A stretch of DNA of 48,154 nt from a virus (IMGVR_UViG_3300022177_000052:1-48154); one strand, 5' to 3'. Counted from the stretch's first letter, positions 28,195 through 38,504 are shown. The notes: generated by a model from the letters alone, not told the origin. Numbers and translations are program-made.

Positions 28195-28981
28195 TTTCAA
28201 ATACCTCATCAACAGCAGCTTGAGGTAAGCTGTGAACGGTTGTAATACTATGTGTTGCAACCGTTTTTAATGCAGTTCTATCCGAAGGTCCTACCCGAGT
28301 TGCAAATGCATAATACTTCAATCCAATAGGATTAATTATCCATTCTCTTGTTTGGAGATGGGTGTAAATGGCTTTCATTAAACTTCCCTCATGAGGTATT
28401 TGAAGCCTTCGATCAGGGCGAAAGGATGTTTTTACAGATATATACCCAAAAATATTGTTGAAATTGCAAGTCCCGGGAAACTTCCTGTAAATATTGTCAA
28501 TAAAATAAATTATATCTGGTGTTATTTCTGTTATCGGTTCTAAATCACCTATACAAACATCAACAACATGCCTATCTATTAAAACAAAGTCTGGATTCGA
28601 TGAGATAAGTTGGACAGCAGATGAAGCAAAAACTTTAGACTTCAAGTCTTGGATTAGATCGTAAAGCTTATCATTATATAACCTTGAAACATCAAATTGT
28701 GATACATTTGGGGTCAATATTGCCAAACCTGAATCCGGATTTCTAACTGCGTAGTTCCATGCTGAAATTGCTAAAAGCCACTCATACCAATCACCATGAA
28801 CATTGTTAAGTGCATCCTTGGTAACAGACCTATCTCGTCTTAAAATTTCTGCATCAAATTCTGATATTAGATCAGTAATTGACTTATCAGCAGGTGGTAG
28901 AACATTATTAAGTAGGGAACAAAAAGCAATATCTTTTATTACTTGTGATTTTCCATTTCCGAGAGTTCGTATGTATGTCAT
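28142..28981 (-). CDS. Type II restriction endonuclease, Cfr10I/Bse634I/SgrAI family (CCGG core, probably RCCGGY)
   Basis: NNVHGDWYEWL, SNPDF, SVKTSFRPDRRLQIPHEG; convergent with and overlapping the MTase. Confidence 0.85.
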   Translation of the reverse strand: MTYIRTLGNGKSQVIKDIAFCSLLNNVLPPADKSITDLISEFDAEILRRDRSVTKDALNNVHGDWYEWLLAISAWNYAVRNPDSGLAILTPNVSQFDVSRLYNDKLYDLIQDLKSKVFASSAVQLISSNPDFVLIDRHVVDVCIGDLEPITEITPDIIYFIDNIYRKFPGTCNFNNIFGYISVKTSFRPDRRLQIPHEGSLMKAIYTHLQTREWIINPIGLKYYAFATRVGPSDRTALKTVATHSITTVHSLPQAAVDEVFEINSLTQAELVFSQIFSR

Positions 28982-29118
28982 TTGAAAGTTTTTTAAAATC
29001 TTGTTTCAAATTCCTTTTCTTTTTAGTTCAATTCAGGCAATGCAAATCAATTTTTTAACCCACAAAATTAAAATAATTGTTAATAAATGATAACTAATTT
29101 TAGGGTATCATTTTTTTT

Positions 29119-29435
29119 CTGTCACAGAAATCCGATTTCTGTGACAGCCTGTAACAGAAATGCATCAAAACATTCAGGAATAAAATCACCATTCCGGGAA
29201 AATTGCCCTTTCCCGGGGAGAAATAACCGTAAAAAGGGCCAAAAATGGCAATTTTGACACTTATTTGATATTCAAATGATTAAGGAAATATCTGTAACAA
29301 CAATCGCTTTGTTGTCACAGTTTGTTACAGAAATGCAACAAATAAGATAAGATAAGAGAAAAGGAAATAAAATAAGATTATTTAGCCAAAAATCCTGAAA
29401 AAATATCTGTAACAACAATCGCTTTGTTGTCGCAG
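29119..29435. repeat. TGTnACA iteron cluster with purine-rich tract (ori-like block 1)
   Basis: 14-bp perfect inverted repeat 29119-29147; 35-bp direct repeat 29286-29320/29401-29435; A/G tract 29341-29377. Confidence 0.7.
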
Positions 29436-29457
29436 AAATAATTCTAAAAAAAAAATA

Positions 29458-29500
29458 TTACCATGATGGTAACTTTTTGAAACAAGTCGCAGTATATTTG
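29458..29500 (+). promoter_or_regulatory. Perfect operator plus promoter of the head operon
   Basis: TTACCATGATGGTAA 29458-29472; TATATTTG 29493-29500. Confidence 0.7.
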
Positions 29501-29528
29501 CAGAAATCAAAAACCTTTTTTCGGTCTT

Positions 29529-30221
29529 ATGAAAGAAAAAATCCTCGCACAACTCAAACAGAAATTTGCAGGGGTGCCAACCGTATTACTGGGGCTGATT
29601 GCTGACAAACTTGCAGCAACGGTAACAGAAGATTCCGCAATTGAGGGAGCAGTAGCAGACCTCGAAAAATTACCTGTATCCATTCAGGATTATGCAAAGC
29701 TGTTGCAGACTGAGGGGGACCGGAGGGCCACAGAAGCAGCCACGACCAGAGAGAACAGCCTAAAAGAAAAGTTCAATTTCGTGGTAAAAACAGGTAATCC
29801 GGACCCGGGGAACCCGACCCCTCAGCCGACACCAGAAAATGAAACTCAGGTAGCCATACTGAAGTTACAGAAGGAACTGGAGCAGTTGAAACAAAAAGAA
29901 CTATCAGCAGCATTCCGGGACAAGGTTGTTTCCACACTCAAAGAAAAGGGCGTAAATGAGAAATTTTTCAAAAATGCCCTGAGTATTGCCAAATTTGAAA
30001 AGGAGGAGGATATAACCACTTTCGTTGATACTGTAACGGCTTCGTGGACTGAGTTTGAACAGGAATTAACTGATCAGGGGTTGAAATCAATCCCACAACC
30101 GGCCTTTGGTAATCCAACCGACACCGGAATTTCAGCAGCAGTTAACGACTATATCCAGTCTAAGGGTACAGGCAAAGAAACCAATGCAGGGGCCTCCCCT
30201 CTTGGTGGTAAACAACTTTAA
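29529..30221 (+). CDS. Capsid scaffolding protein
   Basis: Helical protein (SYGDxR-like TEGDRRATEA) upstream of the decoration and capsid genes. Confidence 0.7.
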   Translation: MKEKILAQLKQKFAGVPTVLLGLIADKLAATVTEDSAIEGAVADLEKLPVSIQDYAKLLQTEGDRRATEAATTRENSLKEKFNFVVKTGNPDPGNPTPQPTPENETQVAILKLQKELEQLKQKELSAAFRDKVVSTLKEKGVNEKFFKNALSIAKFEKEEDITTFVDTVTASWTEFEQELTDQGLKSIPQPAFGNPTDTGISAAVNDYIQSKGTGKETNAGASPLGGKQL

Positions 30222-30246
30222 TACAAACTTTTAAAAAATCGCAAAG

Positions 30247-30822
30247 ATGCAGATTTTCAAAAGCACCGAAAACCGTCAGGTTAATGCGTTTGTCACCAAA
30301 CTGGAGGATATCCCCGGGGGTGGTACAATCGCAGCAGCCGACCTGACACAGCCGGAGGTCCTTGATGGTACCCCGGTAGGCGTTGACAGCAATGGACTTT
30401 TCCACGTTGTCAAAACGGCCAAACTTACCGAAGACGTGACGAATGATGCCACTGCGTACCCTGTTGCTAAGGGACACAATTTCAAGGTTGGTGATGTGAT
30501 TGCCCTGAAAAAAGGTGCAAAAGCCTCAGCCATTACTGCAATCGACACCTCAGAGGAAACCCACGACACGTTGACCGTTGGGGCCACTCTCGGAGAGGTA
30601 GCCTCCACTGGTGCTGTTATTTTTCAGGCAGCAGCAGCCACCACCGGAACCGATTCAGCAATGAAACACGCCCCGGTTGGTCTTGTAGGAACCGGATTCA
30701 GCGTAATCCCGGGGGATAACCACACCACTGACATTGTTGTTCGTGGCACTGTTAAGGAGGCCGTAATTGCCCCGATTCATGCCGATATCAAGGCCGCACT
30801 TTCACTGATTCGTTTCGTTTAA
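30247..30822 (+). CDS. Head decoration / capsid cement protein
   Basis: Ala/Thr/Gly-rich, VVRGTV, position before the MCP. Confidence 0.7.
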   Translation: MQIFKSTENRQVNAFVTKLEDIPGGGTIAAADLTQPEVLDGTPVGVDSNGLFHVVKTAKLTEDVTNDATAYPVAKGHNFKVGDVIALKKGAKASAITAIDTSEETHDTLTVGATLGEVASTGAVIFQAAAATTGTDSAMKHAPVGLVGTGFSVIPGDNHTTDIVVRGTVKEAVIAPIHADIKAALSLIRFV

Positions 30823-30850
30823 CCTTTAAAAGCAAAAGGAGAGCAAAAAA

Positions 30851-31936
30851 ATGAGAAAGTCTTTAATTCAGGGGTTGAGCGAAAAAGATATGCAGGCCGT
30901 TGTTAACACAATGAACCTGAACAATTTCTATTTCCCGACCTTGTTTCCCCTCCGGTTTACGCCTGTGCTGAACTGGAAAACCCTTGCAGGAGATAAGGGG
31001 GTCCCTGTTGCCGCTGACGTTGTTTCTTACGATGCTTCAGCACCCTCCAAAACCCGGGAGGTTGTTAAGAAACTGACTGGTGACATTCCCAAAATTGACA
31101 TTAAACGTGTCATGGGTGAAAGCCGTCTGAATGAATACAACCAACTGAGGCATTATGCCGGAACCGAAGCCGGTAAAATGGAACTGGTCCGCTTCATTTA
31201 TGAGGACGTGGAGTTTTGTTTCACTGGTGTTAACGCACGTCTGGAATGGTTGGCACTCCGGGCCCTTTCAACTGGTAAGATTATCCTGAGCAAATCCAAC
31301 AATGCCGGAATTGTAACGGAGGATGCCGTTGATTTCCAGATTCCCACCACTCAGAAAAAGGGAGTTACCGTTGTATGGTCGGCTGCAAACCTCGCAACCG
31401 CTAAACCGATCACTGACATTAAGGCCATTGTTGCCGATGCTAAGAAAAAGGGCAAACGCCTGAAGTACGTCCTTATGGACCAGAGTACTTTTGACATTAT
31501 GAGGTCAACCAAAGAGGTTGTTGATTATGCAGCCAATTGGGTCCTCCGGGCTACCGGCCTCGCACTGTCACCCACTCAGGAGAATATCAATACAGCCCTT
31601 GCAGCAGAGGGGTTGCCACAGATCAAGATCGTGGACAGCCTTGTAACTCTGGAGGGTAACGATGGAACCAGAACCGTTGTCGAGCCGTGGCAGACCGGCT
31701 GTATTGCATTCATGCCCGACACTGTTGCCGGAACAACGTGGCACGGCCCTCAGGCAATTGAATCCATTGAATCCAAAGCCATGAAGGTAAAACGTGAACA
31801 CGTTATGATTCTGAAGTGGGGGACTGAGGAGCCTGTTTCTGAGGTAACAAAGGGTTCGGCAAATGCCTTCCCGGCACTGAATGACCCTGAAGCGATGTGG
31901 CTTGTGAACACCGGAGCAACCAGTTGGGGCTATTAA
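30851..31936 (+). CDS. Major capsid protein (lambda gpE-like)
   Basis: 361 aa; LFP, ARLEWLALRALSTG, VDF. Confidence 0.88.
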   Translation: MRKSLIQGLSEKDMQAVVNTMNLNNFYFPTLFPLRFTPVLNWKTLAGDKGVPVAADVVSYDASAPSKTREVVKKLTGDIPKIDIKRVMGESRLNEYNQLRHYAGTEAGKMELVRFIYEDVEFCFTGVNARLEWLALRALSTGKIILSKSNNAGIVTEDAVDFQIPTTQKKGVTVVWSAANLATAKPITDIKAIVADAKKKGKRLKYVLMDQSTFDIMRSTKEVVDYAANWVLRATGLALSPTQENINTALAAEGLPQIKIVDSLVTLEGNDGTRTVVEPWQTGCIAFMPDTVAGTTWHGPQAIESIESKAMKVKREHVMILKWGTEEPVSEVTKGSANAFPALNDPEAMWLVNTGATSWGY

Positions 31937-32082
31937 AAAGAGGCTTTTTTGATTGTGTGTAAGTTATTTGTGGTCAGGGTTGCTAAAGATGCTAAGGCTT
32001 CATTAAGAGGGGGGTTGCCCTGAGTATTGAGCCGGACCAATGAACCGCCCTGCCACAAATAAAGAAAATCCCAAAAAGAGGT

Positions 32083-32400
32083 ATGACGAATATTGAAGCA
32101 TTGACGGCCAGTGTAGGTTATCCGTTCACCAAACAGGAGGTTGAACTTGCATGTATCAACAGGGGGATTGCCCCGGATGCCGATTATAGTGCACCCTCCC
32201 GGGCTTTTGACCTTGCAAAGGCTGATTTATACCTTGTGGCCTACAATAAGCCCAATATCAGCGAAGGGGGGTTTTCTGTTACCCAATCAGAAAAGCAGTC
32301 TTTTCTTAAACTGAGGAAATCCATATTCAGGAAGTACGGAATTGAGGATACGTTTGCCCCGGATTCGGAGCCTGAAATTTCAAGCTGTAAGCCATGGTAA
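32083..32400 (+). CDS. Head-tail connector (adaptor)
   Basis: LAKADLY...PNISEGGFSV; position after the MCP. Confidence 0.7.
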   Translation: MTNIEALTASVGYPFTKQEVELACINRGIAPDADYSAPSRAFDLAKADLYLVAYNKPNISEGGFSVTQSEKQSFLKLRKSIFRKYGIEDTFAPDSEPEISSCKPW

Positions 32401-32720
32401 GACAGTACCCGCACGAAATCAATGAGGTTGTTGTTGCCACTCAATCTGAAATGGATGAAAATGGCAATTTCACGTCATTAGGTGACCCTGAGCAAGTTTT
32501 TGTAGGGCAGTGCAGGGCTGAGGCCAATTCCGAAGGGAAAAGGTTTGCAGGGCCGGATGGAGAGGCTTTTATTTACCAGTTTGTGGTTTACATGCCGAAG
32601 CCGGCCAGAACAATCCTCCCGGGAGCAACTGTTAAGATCAGCAGCAACGGAAGGAATATCTTTTCAGGCCAGGTAAAAAGGACACATGAAGGACTTTTAA
32701 ATTTCCGGTTATGGGTCTGA
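32394..32720 (+). CDS. Head closure protein
   Basis: Position and size; DENGN motif. Confidence 0.6.
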   Translation: MVRQYPHEINEVVVATQSEMDENGNFTSLGDPEQVFVGQCRAEANSEGKRFAGPDGEAFIYQFVVYMPKPARTILPGATVKISSNGRNIFSGQVKRTHEGLLNFRLWV

Positions 32721-33166
32721 AGGCAAAAGGTTCGATTTCCGACCTCCGGAAGCGGATGGAAGCAGCAAAGCGCAATGTAGAAACAGCGACCCTGTTAAGG
32801 TTGCAGAAACTTGGAGAAAAGGCAGTAAAACACGCTAAAAGCATACCGCCAGAAACCGGTTTCAGGGACCAGACAGGGAACCTGAGGAGTTCAATGGGGT
32901 ATGCAGTCTATCTGAATGGCAACCTGAAAACACAGTCTTTTGATGGTGACAATGAAGGCATTCAAAAAGGGGCTGAGCACTGCAAAGCTGTTGCGTTGGA
33001 TTATCCCTCCGGATGGCTTTTGGTGGTTGTTGCCGGGATGGAATACGCCCTTGCTGTTGAATCCAGAGGCCGGGACGTGCTTACGTCAGCAGAACAATTG
33101 GTCTGGAAGGAAATGCCGGGAGAAATGCAGAAGTTGAGAAATGCAATTAAGAGGGCCAAATTATGA
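32711..33166 (+). CDS. HK97 gp10-like neck / tail-completion protein
   Basis: DQTGNLRSS and AGMEYALAVE. Confidence 0.8.
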   Translation: MGLKAKGSISDLRKRMEAAKRNVETATLLRLQKLGEKAVKHAKSIPPETGFRDQTGNLRSSMGYAVYLNGNLKTQSFDGDNEGIQKGAEHCKAVALDYPSGWLLVVVAGMEYALAVESRGRDVLTSAEQLVWKEMPGEMQKLRNAIKRAKL

Positions 33167-33570
33167 GGACAAACATTGATGCACTGAATATTGTCTGGTC
33201 CGTATTGAACGGCTCCCCTCTTAAATCAGCAATTGATGGTAAGATTTACAAATCAAGCCGGCCACTCAATTCTGACAAGGAGGACGTTGTAATTAATGCC
33301 TTGCCAATTTCCCCCGGGATACCTCAGAGGTGCATTGTGAATGTGAACATTTACACCAGAAATCTGAGCCTGAACATTGGTGGACAGCCGGACAATACCA
33401 TGCCTGACATTGTAAGGATGAACACGTTGGCCGGCCTTGCTATTGCAGCACTTGATGAAGTTTCCGGAGATCAGTATTATTTCTTTGTTGAGCAACAGGC
33501 CACAATCAAGGAGCCTGAACTATTTCAGCATTACATTAACATTAGAACTGAGTTTTTTTTCACGCATTAA
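33163..33570 (+). CDS. Tail terminator protein
   Basis: Position; RP.NS.KEDVVIN, VNVNIY. Confidence 0.65.
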   Translation: MRTNIDALNIVWSVLNGSPLKSAIDGKIYKSSRPLNSDKEDVVINALPISPGIPQRCIVNVNIYTRNLSLNIGGQPDNTMPDIVRMNTLAGLAIAALDEVSGDQYYFFVEQQATIKEPELFQHYINIRTEFFFTH

Positions 33571-33582
33571 CACCCTTTAAAC

Positions 33583-34092
33583 ATGGCAGAACGTAGAAGT
33601 ATAGGCTTGAAATCAATCAAGGTTGGTGATATCGCTGTTGATGGCGGTATGGGAACCGTGCTTGCGGCCCTTGGTTTGACTTTTGAGGGCACAGCCACCC
33701 TCACTCAGGAGGACCCTGAGGTTACTCCCTTTTATGCAGAGGAGAATGACGACCCGGTTGAAATGTTATCCTCAAAAGGTGACACCAAACTGGAGTTCGC
33801 AATTATGGACTTTACCCCCTCGGTGATGGCCGAAGTGTTGGGAGGAACCGTTACCGGCACAGGTGATGCCGCAGTATGGAACGCCCCGGAAACAATCCCC
33901 ACAATTGAGAAATCAATTGAAGTTGTTACAAGGAAGGACGTGAGAATCCAGATTCCCCGGGCCAAAATTGATGCCAAAATTGACATGAATCTTGGTAAAA
34001 AGGAAATGGGTTTGATCAGAATTGTTGCAACGGCCCTGAAGCCCACCAAAGCCGGGGAGGCTCCAATCAAAATTGACAAGGTTGTTGTGTAA
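33583..34092 (+). CDS. Major tail tube protein
   Basis: Position and size; followed by a terminator and the chaperone genes. Confidence 0.75.
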   Translation: MAERRSIGLKSIKVGDIAVDGGMGTVLAALGLTFEGTATLTQEDPEVTPFYAEENDDPVEMLSSKGDTKLEFAIMDFTPSVMAEVLGGTVTGTGDAAVWNAPETIPTIEKSIEVVTRKDVRIQIPRAKIDAKIDMNLGKKEMGLIRIVATALKPTKAGEAPIKIDKVVV

Positions 34093-34107
34093 CAGTAAGT
34101 TAAACCT

Positions 34108-34132
34108 GAAACCCTCTCCGGAGGGTTTCTTT
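34108..34132 (+). terminator. Intrinsic terminator after the tail tube gene
   Basis: GAAACCCTC-tccg-GAGGGTTTC followed by TTT. Confidence 0.65.
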
Positions 34133-34145
34133 ACTTTGTGCCATT

Positions 34146-34646
34146 ATGCAGCAGAATGATGCTATATTGAGCGAAAGCCGGGCGGTTGATACAATGCTTG
34201 ATGAAGGTTTCAAATTCACTCTGGAGGCAAAGGGACTTGTAAGGCTATTCGGTAAAAAGACTTACCGTTTTCATGTTAAGCAGCCCTACCTTGGAACCCT
34301 GTTGTTGATTTCCCGGGAGTATCTGAAAATCCACCTTGACGAAACAAAGCTGTCTGATGAAGCCTACCAGAACAGTTACATGCTTGTACCTGAGAACGCC
34401 AAAAGGCTTGCCTTAATCGTTGCTTATGCCATACTGAACAGCCCCCGGAAGATCAAACTTTTTGCCCCGGCCCTATCCAGATGGCTGATGTGGAAAATGA
34501 ATCCAACCAAACTTTTTCAGGTGATGGCGTTCACTGTCATGATCTGCAATGTAGCGTCTTTTACGAACTCTATCAGATTGATACAGACGTTTCGGATGAT
34601 GAAACCGAAAGGGGAAAATCTGAGCCCGGTAGAACAAAGGGGTTAA
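34146..34646 (+). CDS. Tail assembly chaperone (gpG-like)
   Basis: Between tail tube and tape measure genes. Confidence 0.7.
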   Translation: MQQNDAILSESRAVDTMLDEGFKFTLEAKGLVRLFGKKTYRFHVKQPYLGTLLLISREYLKIHLDETKLSDEAYQNSYMLVPENAKRLALIVAYAILNSPRKIKLFAPALSRWLMWKMNPTKLFQVMAFTVMICNVASFTNSIRLIQTFRMMKPKGENLSPVEQRG

Positions 34647-34825
34647 ATAGCCTTTGGGGTAGCGTTTGGTCCATAGCAAACGCAACAGGATGGAACTTTG
34701 ATTACATATTGTGGGGGGTAGCTTGGACAAATTTACAAATGATGATTTCCGATGCCCCGGGGTACACAGACAAGCCAAAAGAAGCCAATTCAGAGGATGA
34801 ACTAAAGGAGTTTTTTAAGATATGA
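34637..34825 (+). CDS. Tail chaperone gpT-like extension, probably reached by a -1 frameshift
   Basis: Overlapping -1 frame ORF (...LNSLWGSVWSIANATGW..DYILW...NLQMMISD) ending at the TMP start; 5' limit approximate. Confidence 0.55.
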   Translation, partial: KGLNSLWGSVWSIANATGWNFDYILWGVAWTNLQMMISDAPGYTDKPKEANSEDELKEFFKI

Positions 34826-37800
34826 AAGGTAACGGTCCCCTTGATTTTGAGGCAACAATAGATGCCAAAACTTTCAACTCAATGTTGGATGAAATGGAGC
34901 GCAGGATTAAGGGCGTTTCGTCAACAGCAGAGAGGGAAACAAGTAAGATTGATGATTCATTCCGGAAGGTTGCCCTTGCCGTTGGGGGGTACTTTTCTTT
35001 TGCTTTCGGGGCCCAATTCACAAAGGAAATTGTAAACGTCCGGGGTGAATTTCAGCAGTTGGAAATAGCATTTGAAACAATGCTTAAAAACAAAGCAAAA
35101 TCAGATGCTTTATTGGCTGATGTCACCATGTTTGCAGCAAAAACGCCCTTTGACATGAAACAGGTAGCAACCGGAGCAAAGCAATTGCTTGCATACGGTG
35201 AAGCCTCAGAGGAGGTTGTTGTTACCATGAAAAAACTCGGGGACATTGCAGCCGGGTTGAGTATTCCGTTTGGGGACCTTGTATATCTGTATGGCACAAC
35301 CAGAACTCAGGGCCGTATGATGACTAAAGACCTGATGCAGTTTGCCGGTCGTGGAATTCCGATCATTGAGGAGCTGTCAAAAACCCTGAACGTAAGCAAG
35401 GCAGACATTCTGGACTTGGCCTCAAAAGGTGAATTAAGTTTTGAACACCTTCAGACTGTTATTGAAAACCTGACAGCCTCAACCGGCATGTTTGGTGGTA
35501 TGATGGACAAACAGGCCGCTTCACTCCCGGGCCTTATTTCCAACCTCGGGGATGCATGGGACCGGATGTTAAATAAGATCGGTACAGGTCAGCAGGATAC
35601 ATTTGCAGATGCAATCAAACTCGCAACAGAGGTTGTTGAAAATTATGAGGTTGTTGTTGATATCCTGAAGGTAGTAATTGCCTCTTATGGAGCATACCGG
35701 GCAGCAGTATTGCTGAATGCTATTGCCGTGAATGGATATTCAAAGGCCCTCGGGTTGGCAATTATCAAGGAAAAGGCCCTTGCACTTGCAAGGAAGGCCA
35801 ATCCGTGGGGGTTGGCATTGGCCGGGATAACGGCTGTAATCGGAGCCTTGGTTGTTTATAAAAACCGGATTTCTGAGGTTGATGAAGCACAACAGCAGAT
35901 CAATGAGAGAATCCGGGATGAAGTTGGTGCAATGGACCAACTTTTTGAAACCCTCAAACGTGGAAATGTAAGCGCAGACCAGAGGAAAGCAATCATTGAC
36001 CAGATCAATGAGAAATATGGTCAATACCTCCCGAACCTGTTGAATGAGAAAAGTTCAATGGCCGACATTGCAGCAGCATACACGTCTGTAAATACAGCAA
36101 TGCGGCATAACATTGAACTGACTGTTAAACGCTCCAAAGCACAGGAATTGTACCTGAAACTGTATGAGCAGGAAATGGAGTATGACAGGATTTCAAAAAT
36201 GACCGGTGACGAGTTTCTAAAAAAGGAAATGGGTGGAGGCGTTGAGGGGGTTAAGGGTCAAGCCAGAAGGACCCGACTGAACTCAATCAAGCAGGTAATG
36301 GATGAACTCCGTGAGGAGTATGAAACATTTATGGCCGAACTCCAAACCCTTGACGGTGATATGTTCGCGCCCCCTTCATTTGATTACAGCAAGTTATTCC
36401 CGGATGATAAGGAAGGGGATAAAAAGATAAAAACGTTTGCTCAGAAACTTGATGAAATCCGGAAACTGTATGAAAATTACTACTTGTGGGCCGAAAATTA
36501 TGGCAAGGATTCAGCAGATAAACAGTTTTCCGGCCTGTTGAAGGGAGGCCAGAATTACCTTACCTATCTGAACAATGAAATCAAGAAACTGGAGGGTATG
36601 CAGAAAAGAACCCCCGGGCAAAATGACAATCTGTTGTTGTTGCTATCCGAAAGGACCGAACTGACAGGGGGGAAATCAAGGGTTGACGAACTCCGGGAGG
36701 AAATTGATGCAGCAAAGGACAGTTACAGCAACCTTGTGGATTACATTGGATTCCTTGGTCATAAATTAGATCAGGAACAAGCCGGAAACGATGGAGGGGA
36801 AAGGACGTTAGCCGTTATCCAACTGTTGCAGGAGGAACTTTCAAAGGCTCAAAAGGAGTATGTTAGCCAGTCCCTTGCGACTTATAACAGCTTGATTGAG
36901 CAGTCCGCTGATTATGCCAAACGTAGGTTGTTGATTGAGGAAGAATACCAGAAAACTGTTGCTAAACTTGACAAGGAAAGCCTTGGAAATGATAAGTACA
37001 ATGAAGCAATTCAGGAGGCTGAAAAGAAAAAACGGGAGGCCCTAAACGTTGTTCAGGAGGATGAAGCCAGACAGTCAGAGGCATACCGGAAAATCCGGGA
37101 TGCAATTGAGCAGTTAACCAATAAAGAGGTCAGAAAATACATTGCTCAGTTGAAACAACAATTGTTGTTACTTGACAGCCAGAGTGATGCCTACAAAGAA
37201 ATTTCAGGGCTGATAAAAACAGCAGAAAAGGGCCTCAGCAGCAAAACAGCAGAGGGGTTTGACACCGCCAGTCAGGCCCTCAGTGCTATGGCACAAATGG
37301 CCGGGGCTTTTAACAAAGAATTATCTGAAAGCATTCAGTTTGCCTCCCAATTGGCCGGGGCCGTTGGACAAATAGCCTCCGGGAATGTGATTGGTGGGAT
37401 TACTCAGGGCGTTGCCTCTATTTTTACCTATGTAGCCAATGCAGCAGCCCGGAAGGAGCAGCAGTATGAGGAAGATAAACAGAGGCAATTGGAGGCCACC
37501 GGGAAGTTGATTGAGAAGTTGAATAAGGGCGTTGAAAAGCAGATTGACCTTATTAATGAACTGGTGGGAAATGACAAGCTAAACCAGTACGGAAGGACGG
37601 TCCTTGAAATTTCCAGATCAATGACTGAGGTAATAAACCAGATGGAGGACCTTGATCAGCTTGTAAAGCGGTCCATGGATGGGAGGACTTATGCATTCAG
37701 CCTGTCTGACAGGTTTTCTGAGGCTGATTTCGACCTGTCCGGGATATCCGGAGCCTTTGAAAGGATTGAAGCCCTCAGGGAGGCTATTATGTCCATTGAG

Positions 37801-38502
37801 GATGATATTGACGCTGTAAATACACAGATTGACAACGGCACAATCAAGGGAGAGGACGTTGAACAGTTACAGCAATTCCTTGCGACATATCAGGATTACG
37901 TGGACAAACTGAAGGAGGTTCAGAACCAGTATTTTGCTGAACTAACCGGGACCTCTTATGACAGCATTGTTGATGGAGTGCTTTCAGCGTTTGAGCAGGG
38001 ATTGAGAGGTGCGGAGGATTTTGCAGACACCTTTGAAGGCCTGATGCGTAAAGCCATGTTACAGGCGTTGAGCGTAAATGCCTTACAGGCCCCTTTGCAA
38101 GGGTGGTATGAAATGTTCGCCCAAATGACTGAGGAAGGGCTATCTGAGCAGGAAATTGCGGTCCTGAGGGAGAGTTACAACAGCATTATCCAGAATGCAG
38201 ACGAGTACGCAAAAATGTTGGAGGATGCAGCCGGAGTAAGCCTGTCAGGGGAAGGGTCAAAGGATGCACTTTCCGGGGCAATCAAGGGAGTAAGCGAAGA
38301 AACAGCCGGGTTAATTGCCGGGCAAATGAATGCTATCCGGATGAATCAGGCCCAAATGCTTGTACTGTTAAATGATCGCCTTGGCGTATTGAACCAGATT
38401 GAAAACCATTCCCGGAACATGGTTTACATGAAGCGTATTTATGACTTTTTGACTGAGAATAATTCCAGGAGTTCGGTATTAACAAACAGATTTGAAGGCT
38501 GA
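34822..38502 (+). CDS. Tail tape measure protein
   Basis: 1226 aa, helical; FAAKTPF, QFAGRGIPI, SNLGDAW. Confidence 0.92.
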   Translation: MKGNGPLDFEATIDAKTFNSMLDEMERRIKGVSSTAERETSKIDDSFRKVALAVGGYFSFAFGAQFTKEIVNVRGEFQQLEIAFETMLKNKAKSDALLADVTMFAAKTPFDMKQVATGAKQLLAYGEASEEVVVTMKKLGDIAAGLSIPFGDLVYLYGTTRTQGRMMTKDLMQFAGRGIPIIEELSKTLNVSKADILDLASKGELSFEHLQTVIENLTASTGMFGGMMDKQAASLPGLISNLGDAWDRMLNKIGTGQQDTFADAIKLATEVVENYEVVVDILKVVIASYGAYRAAVLLNAIAVNGYSKALGLAIIKEKALALARKANPWGLALAGITAVIGALVVYKNRISEVDEAQQQINERIRDEVGAMDQLFETLKRGNVSADQRKAIIDQINEKYGQYLPNLLNEKSSMADIAAAYTSVNTAMRHNIELTVKRSKAQELYLKLYEQEMEYDRISKMTGDEFLKKEMGGGVEGVKGQARRTRLNSIKQVMDELREEYETFMAELQTLDGDMFAPPSFDYSKLFPDDKEGDKKIKTFAQKLDEIRKLYENYYLWAENYGKDSADKQFSGLLKGGQNYLTYLNNEIKKLEGMQKRTPGQNDNLLLLLSERTELTGGKSRVDELREEIDAAKDSYSNLVDYIGFLGHKLDQEQAGNDGGERTLAVIQLLQEELSKAQKEYVSQSLATYNSLIEQSADYAKRRLLIEEEYQKTVAKLDKESLGNDKYNEAIQEAEKKKREALNVVQEDEARQSEAYRKIRDAIEQLTNKEVRKYIAQLKQQLLLLDSQSDAYKEISGLIKTAEKGLSSKTAEGFDTASQALSAMAQMAGAFNKELSESIQFASQLAGAVGQIASGNVIGGITQGVASIFTYVANAAARKEQQYEEDKQRQLEATGKLIEKLNKGVEKQIDLINELVGNDKLNQYGRTVLEISRSMTEVINQMEDLDQLVKRSMDGRTYAFSLSDRFSEADFDLSGISGAFERIEALREAIMSIEDDIDAVNTQIDNGTIKGEDVEQLQQFLATYQDYVDKLKEVQNQYFAELTGTSYDSIVDGVLSAFEQGLRGAEDFADTFEGLMRKAMLQALSVNALQAPLQGWYEMFAQMTEEGLSEQEIAVLRESYNSIIQNADEYAKMLEDAAGVSLSGEGSKDALSGAIKGVSEETAGLIAGQMNAIRMNQAQMLVLLNDRLGVLNQIENHSRNMVYMKRIYDFLTENNSRSSVLTNRFEG

Positions 38503-38504
38503 TT

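Noticed and set aside
31964-32062. Twister or hammerhead ribozyme in the post-capsid element
   Set aside because: Only a short TTAATGAAGCC resemblance on the minus strand; the remaining core motifs are absent.
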